Positions 60,610 to 64,000 of a stretch of 64,000 bases of DNA are shown here, in pieces (the first letter of the stretch is position 1; the number at the start of each line of letters is the position of its first letter). The stretch is from Blastocystis sp. Blastoise (lineage: Eukaryota > Protista > Bigyra: Opalinata). The notes beneath the pieces are model-generated. The model ran no database searches. It saw nothing but the letters and a program-made list of their open reading frames with translations, and was not told the DNA's origin. The DNA lies in assembly GCA_039096225.1 (NCBI GenBank), contig JBBPEB010000034.1:682001-746000 (forward strand). The letters are read 5' to 3'. A program made the translations under genes and the position numbers.

Positions 60610-61688
60610 TATGATTGTTGTAGTCTAAAAAATTAAAAAAAGTCTACAGTTTCTTTTACTAAGATAAAAAATGTTTTGTTGATTATTCATAAAATATTCG
60701 TTGATATTTGGTTAATAACCGTGAATAAACCAAATTGAAAACAAAAAAATAAACAAAAAACGCTAAATGAGTCAATCTCTCAATCAGATGCTTCAATTGT
60801 GTTTAAATTGGAAACAGAAACATTCATCATATACTTGTGTGTTTTTATCAAGATATCTCATCAATTATTGAAAAGATTATTTGAATATTCTTAAATATGA
60901 TATTCTTTATTTATCAGAATTTATGTTTTAAGTATTTCTAGGAATGAATGATATATTATTGAGTTTATCATAATAGAATTTCTTGAATGGCTATGAATAA
61001 ATATGTAGAATAAATTTACTCTTATTATTGAACAACATGAACAACGAAGTTTAAACTGAAAATAATACAGAAATTATACAAATTAGCTAAATGTGTTTTG
61101 GGGAGTTTAATAACTAAAACGAAGTCTATTCTGTGATGAAAATGATTATAATTTTTATGTGACAGTTAAAATAAATATATAGTGTAATTCTAGGATTTTA
61201 AATGAAAACAAATAGAATACTTTTATAAGGAAAAACAAAACAAAAGTATAAAAAAAAATGAATTCTATAAAGTATAAATAGAATAAAATATCGATTAAAA
61301 GAGATACAGAACAATTTATAATACTAACTATATAATAAAATAGAAAATAAATATGAAGAAAAAAAAGAAATAAGATTTAGTATAATTTATTATAGTATAT
61401 GTTTATAGTATAGTATATAGAAGTAATAAAAATTAAAAAAAAAAATAAATGGATACAGTATTTCATATAATTTTAATGTCATATATAATAGGAAAAAAGT
61501 AGAAAAAAGAGTATATATTTAAATATATATATATGTAACTGATTATAAAAAAACAAATAAATTTAAGAGAAAAAACAAGAAAAAATAAAACATAAAATAC
61601 AATACAATAAATGATTTGATTCATATAAATAGTACTATATAAAAAAGATACGTTGACTAATTATAGAAGATGAGTGACTAGAATTAGT

Positions 61689-62589
61689 TTAGGAGATAAG
61701 AGAGACAAAGTTATAATAAGTACAGACACACATAAGTATAAATCCAATAACAAAACATATAACATTGAATGTATTCATAAGTGCAGTTGATTTAGATTTG
61801 AAAACAACATAATAGATTAAAGGAGGAAGAATAAAAGAAATAGCTACATTACAGAAACCACCTAGTAAGAAGAATTAAGGAATAATATAGAGAAAGATAT
61901 GATTTGAATAGATATATATATGTAATATATATAAACATATGATGATTATTATATATAAAAGGATATAGAGTGAAAGAATATCACTGAAAGAAGGGAAGAA
62001 GTAGCCGATAAGAGAGAAGACAACAAGGAGACCGAGACGGATACATATATATTGAGGATGAGTAATAAAGGCAGAATTCTGAGTCATAGGACCTATAATA
62101 ATAATTATTATTATTATCATATATATTTATTAGAATAATAATAATATATAAAAAAAGATGATGATGTTAATAATATTAATTAGAATAGTATAAATGAATT
62201 AGATATACCATATTTGGTTTCAAGTACTTCAGCAATACTCATATAATAGACAGGGAAGTTACCGAGAAGAGTAATATCCATACAAAGATTCACAATCACA
62301 GTATATACAGCATCTCCAGGTAAATTATTCAAAATAACATCCTTTACACCACCTATATATATATGAATAATATATATATATGAATAATATATATTGAATA
62401 ATATATATGAATAATATATATATAGAATAATATAAATATACTTTCACTATTAATAAAGAGACCACATAGACCGATACCGAGTATAAGATACATAAGAGTA
62501 ACAACATCAACAGCAAAATGAGTAGCTTTCATACCTTTATCGACTTTGGAGGGATGGATACGAGTCTATGGAGGGGAGGGAATAGAGAA

Positions 62590-62636
<47 letters not shown>

Positions 62637-63740
62637 AAAAATAAATATAATAATAATAATAATATACGAAAAGAGAGAGGAAAACAGGCATATAAGCAAG
62701 AGAGAAGACGATAATACCGAGATGAGAGAAGAACCCTGAGGCAGATTCAGGGAACCAGAGAGAAGAAGGAATAGCAAAAGGGAAATTAGCAAAACCATAA
62801 ATGAAAAGAATGATGAAGGAGAGAGCTAAAGCAAATAAACCGAAAGAAGATAAGAATACTACTACCTTGATATTACTAAGAAGAAGAGCTACTCCAAGAA
62901 TGACAGTAATAAATAAATGTACATATAAATGACTATTATTTACATTAGGCCAAAAGAAATTGAATACAACATCACTAAATTGTACCATAACAATAAGAAT
63001 ACCAATTTGGAAACCAAATAAAGTTAATAAGAAACAAAATAAGAAACAACCATAACCCACTTTACCAAGAACCTATAGTATATTATTATTATTATTAATT
63101 ATAGTATAATAATAAATATTATATAATAATAATAAACACAATAAACATGATAATAATAAACAAAATAAATATAATATAATATAATATACAGCATAAGCTA
63201 ATCTTCCAAAAGCAGAAGGTGAATTCATTCCTTTAAGTAAATTAGGCTATATATATAATCATTATAAAATTAAAAAAAAAATAAAAAAAAAAATACATGT
63301 AAATTCATATAAACATTTAATTTTGATAATTGCCATGAACTATAGCAATTCCATAAAGCGAAAATAACATAAAGAATAATTGTGGGAACAATACCAATTT
63401 TCTGAACAGCAAATGGAAGAGCTAAGGATCCAGTACCGAGAATAGCTTTCATAAGACTAATAATATATTGTCCAATAGTATATGTTTGTTCTTCTTTTTT
63501 AGTAGGTTTTTTCTTTTTAATCTCCTCTTGTTGTTCTTCAATTTCTTTCTCTTTAGGAGATATATCATTATTGACACTGTCAGCATGTTCAAGACCAGTG
63601 ACAACAGCAGTATCAGGAATATCAAGACCTACCTTGAGTTTATCATCAGTTTCATTGTTATTCATAACTCCTTCCTTATCAACTTCAGATTTCAGAGAAT
63701 CTTCATTTTCATTAGAAGGTCCATTATTTTCTGTATTCAT
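61689..63740 (-). CDS. Amino-acid transporter, Aa_trans/AAAP family, multi-exon
   Basis: ISLMKAILGTGSLALPFAVQKIG, multiple TM exons, LLGNFPVY and LLGGFCNVAISFILPPLIY. Confidence 0.88.
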
Positions 63741-64000
63741 CTTCGGTATAGTCTAATAACAGAATAGAGAAACAAAAACTAATAGATAATACTTACATTT
63801 TGTTATAGATATAAAAGAAATATTAAAAACGACAATTTTTCTTTGATTTTTTAGAAGTCATTTTCCCAAAAAACAGAAAACAAAAAAACCAATGAACCCA
63901 ACTGTGGAAATACGAGAAACTCCTTTTATGGAAAAGTAACGATATTCATGGGGATTTTAAAGAATGATGAGATTTTCTTAAGATATTAATGTATTTTTCC

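Overview
Very AT-rich, intron-rich eukaryotic DNA. Short GT-AG introns (often GTATAT...TATAG), the surface-protein types and a downstream TGTTTGTT motif suggest a Blastocystis-like stramenopile (inference). Host genes: a GtaA/DUF1793-type protein (partial), a BTB-like/LRR-like protein, a ~3,340-aa secreted mosaic protein, GPATCH11, glycerol dehydrogenase, a hypothetical protein, a zf-4CXXC_R1-like protein, an Ig/PA14 type-I membrane protein and an amino-acid transporter. Two hAT transposon systems fill about a third of the window. (1) A nested cluster of a CGGBP1-like hAT family lies at 6.6-13.0 kb. (2) A 16.2-kb element at 28359-44578 has CAGGG ends and a perfect ATAAGAAT target-site duplication. 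It carries a Buster-type transposase with unusual insertions, captured intron-containing UTP20 fragments, exons of a second gene, tRNA-like relics and a possible RT relic. The strongest unexplained signal is the palindrome CCGCGG (mostly CCCGCGGG). I count it 12 times, in all three reading frames, and only in exons of microsatellite-intron-rich genes. Exon boundaries and counts were made by eye.
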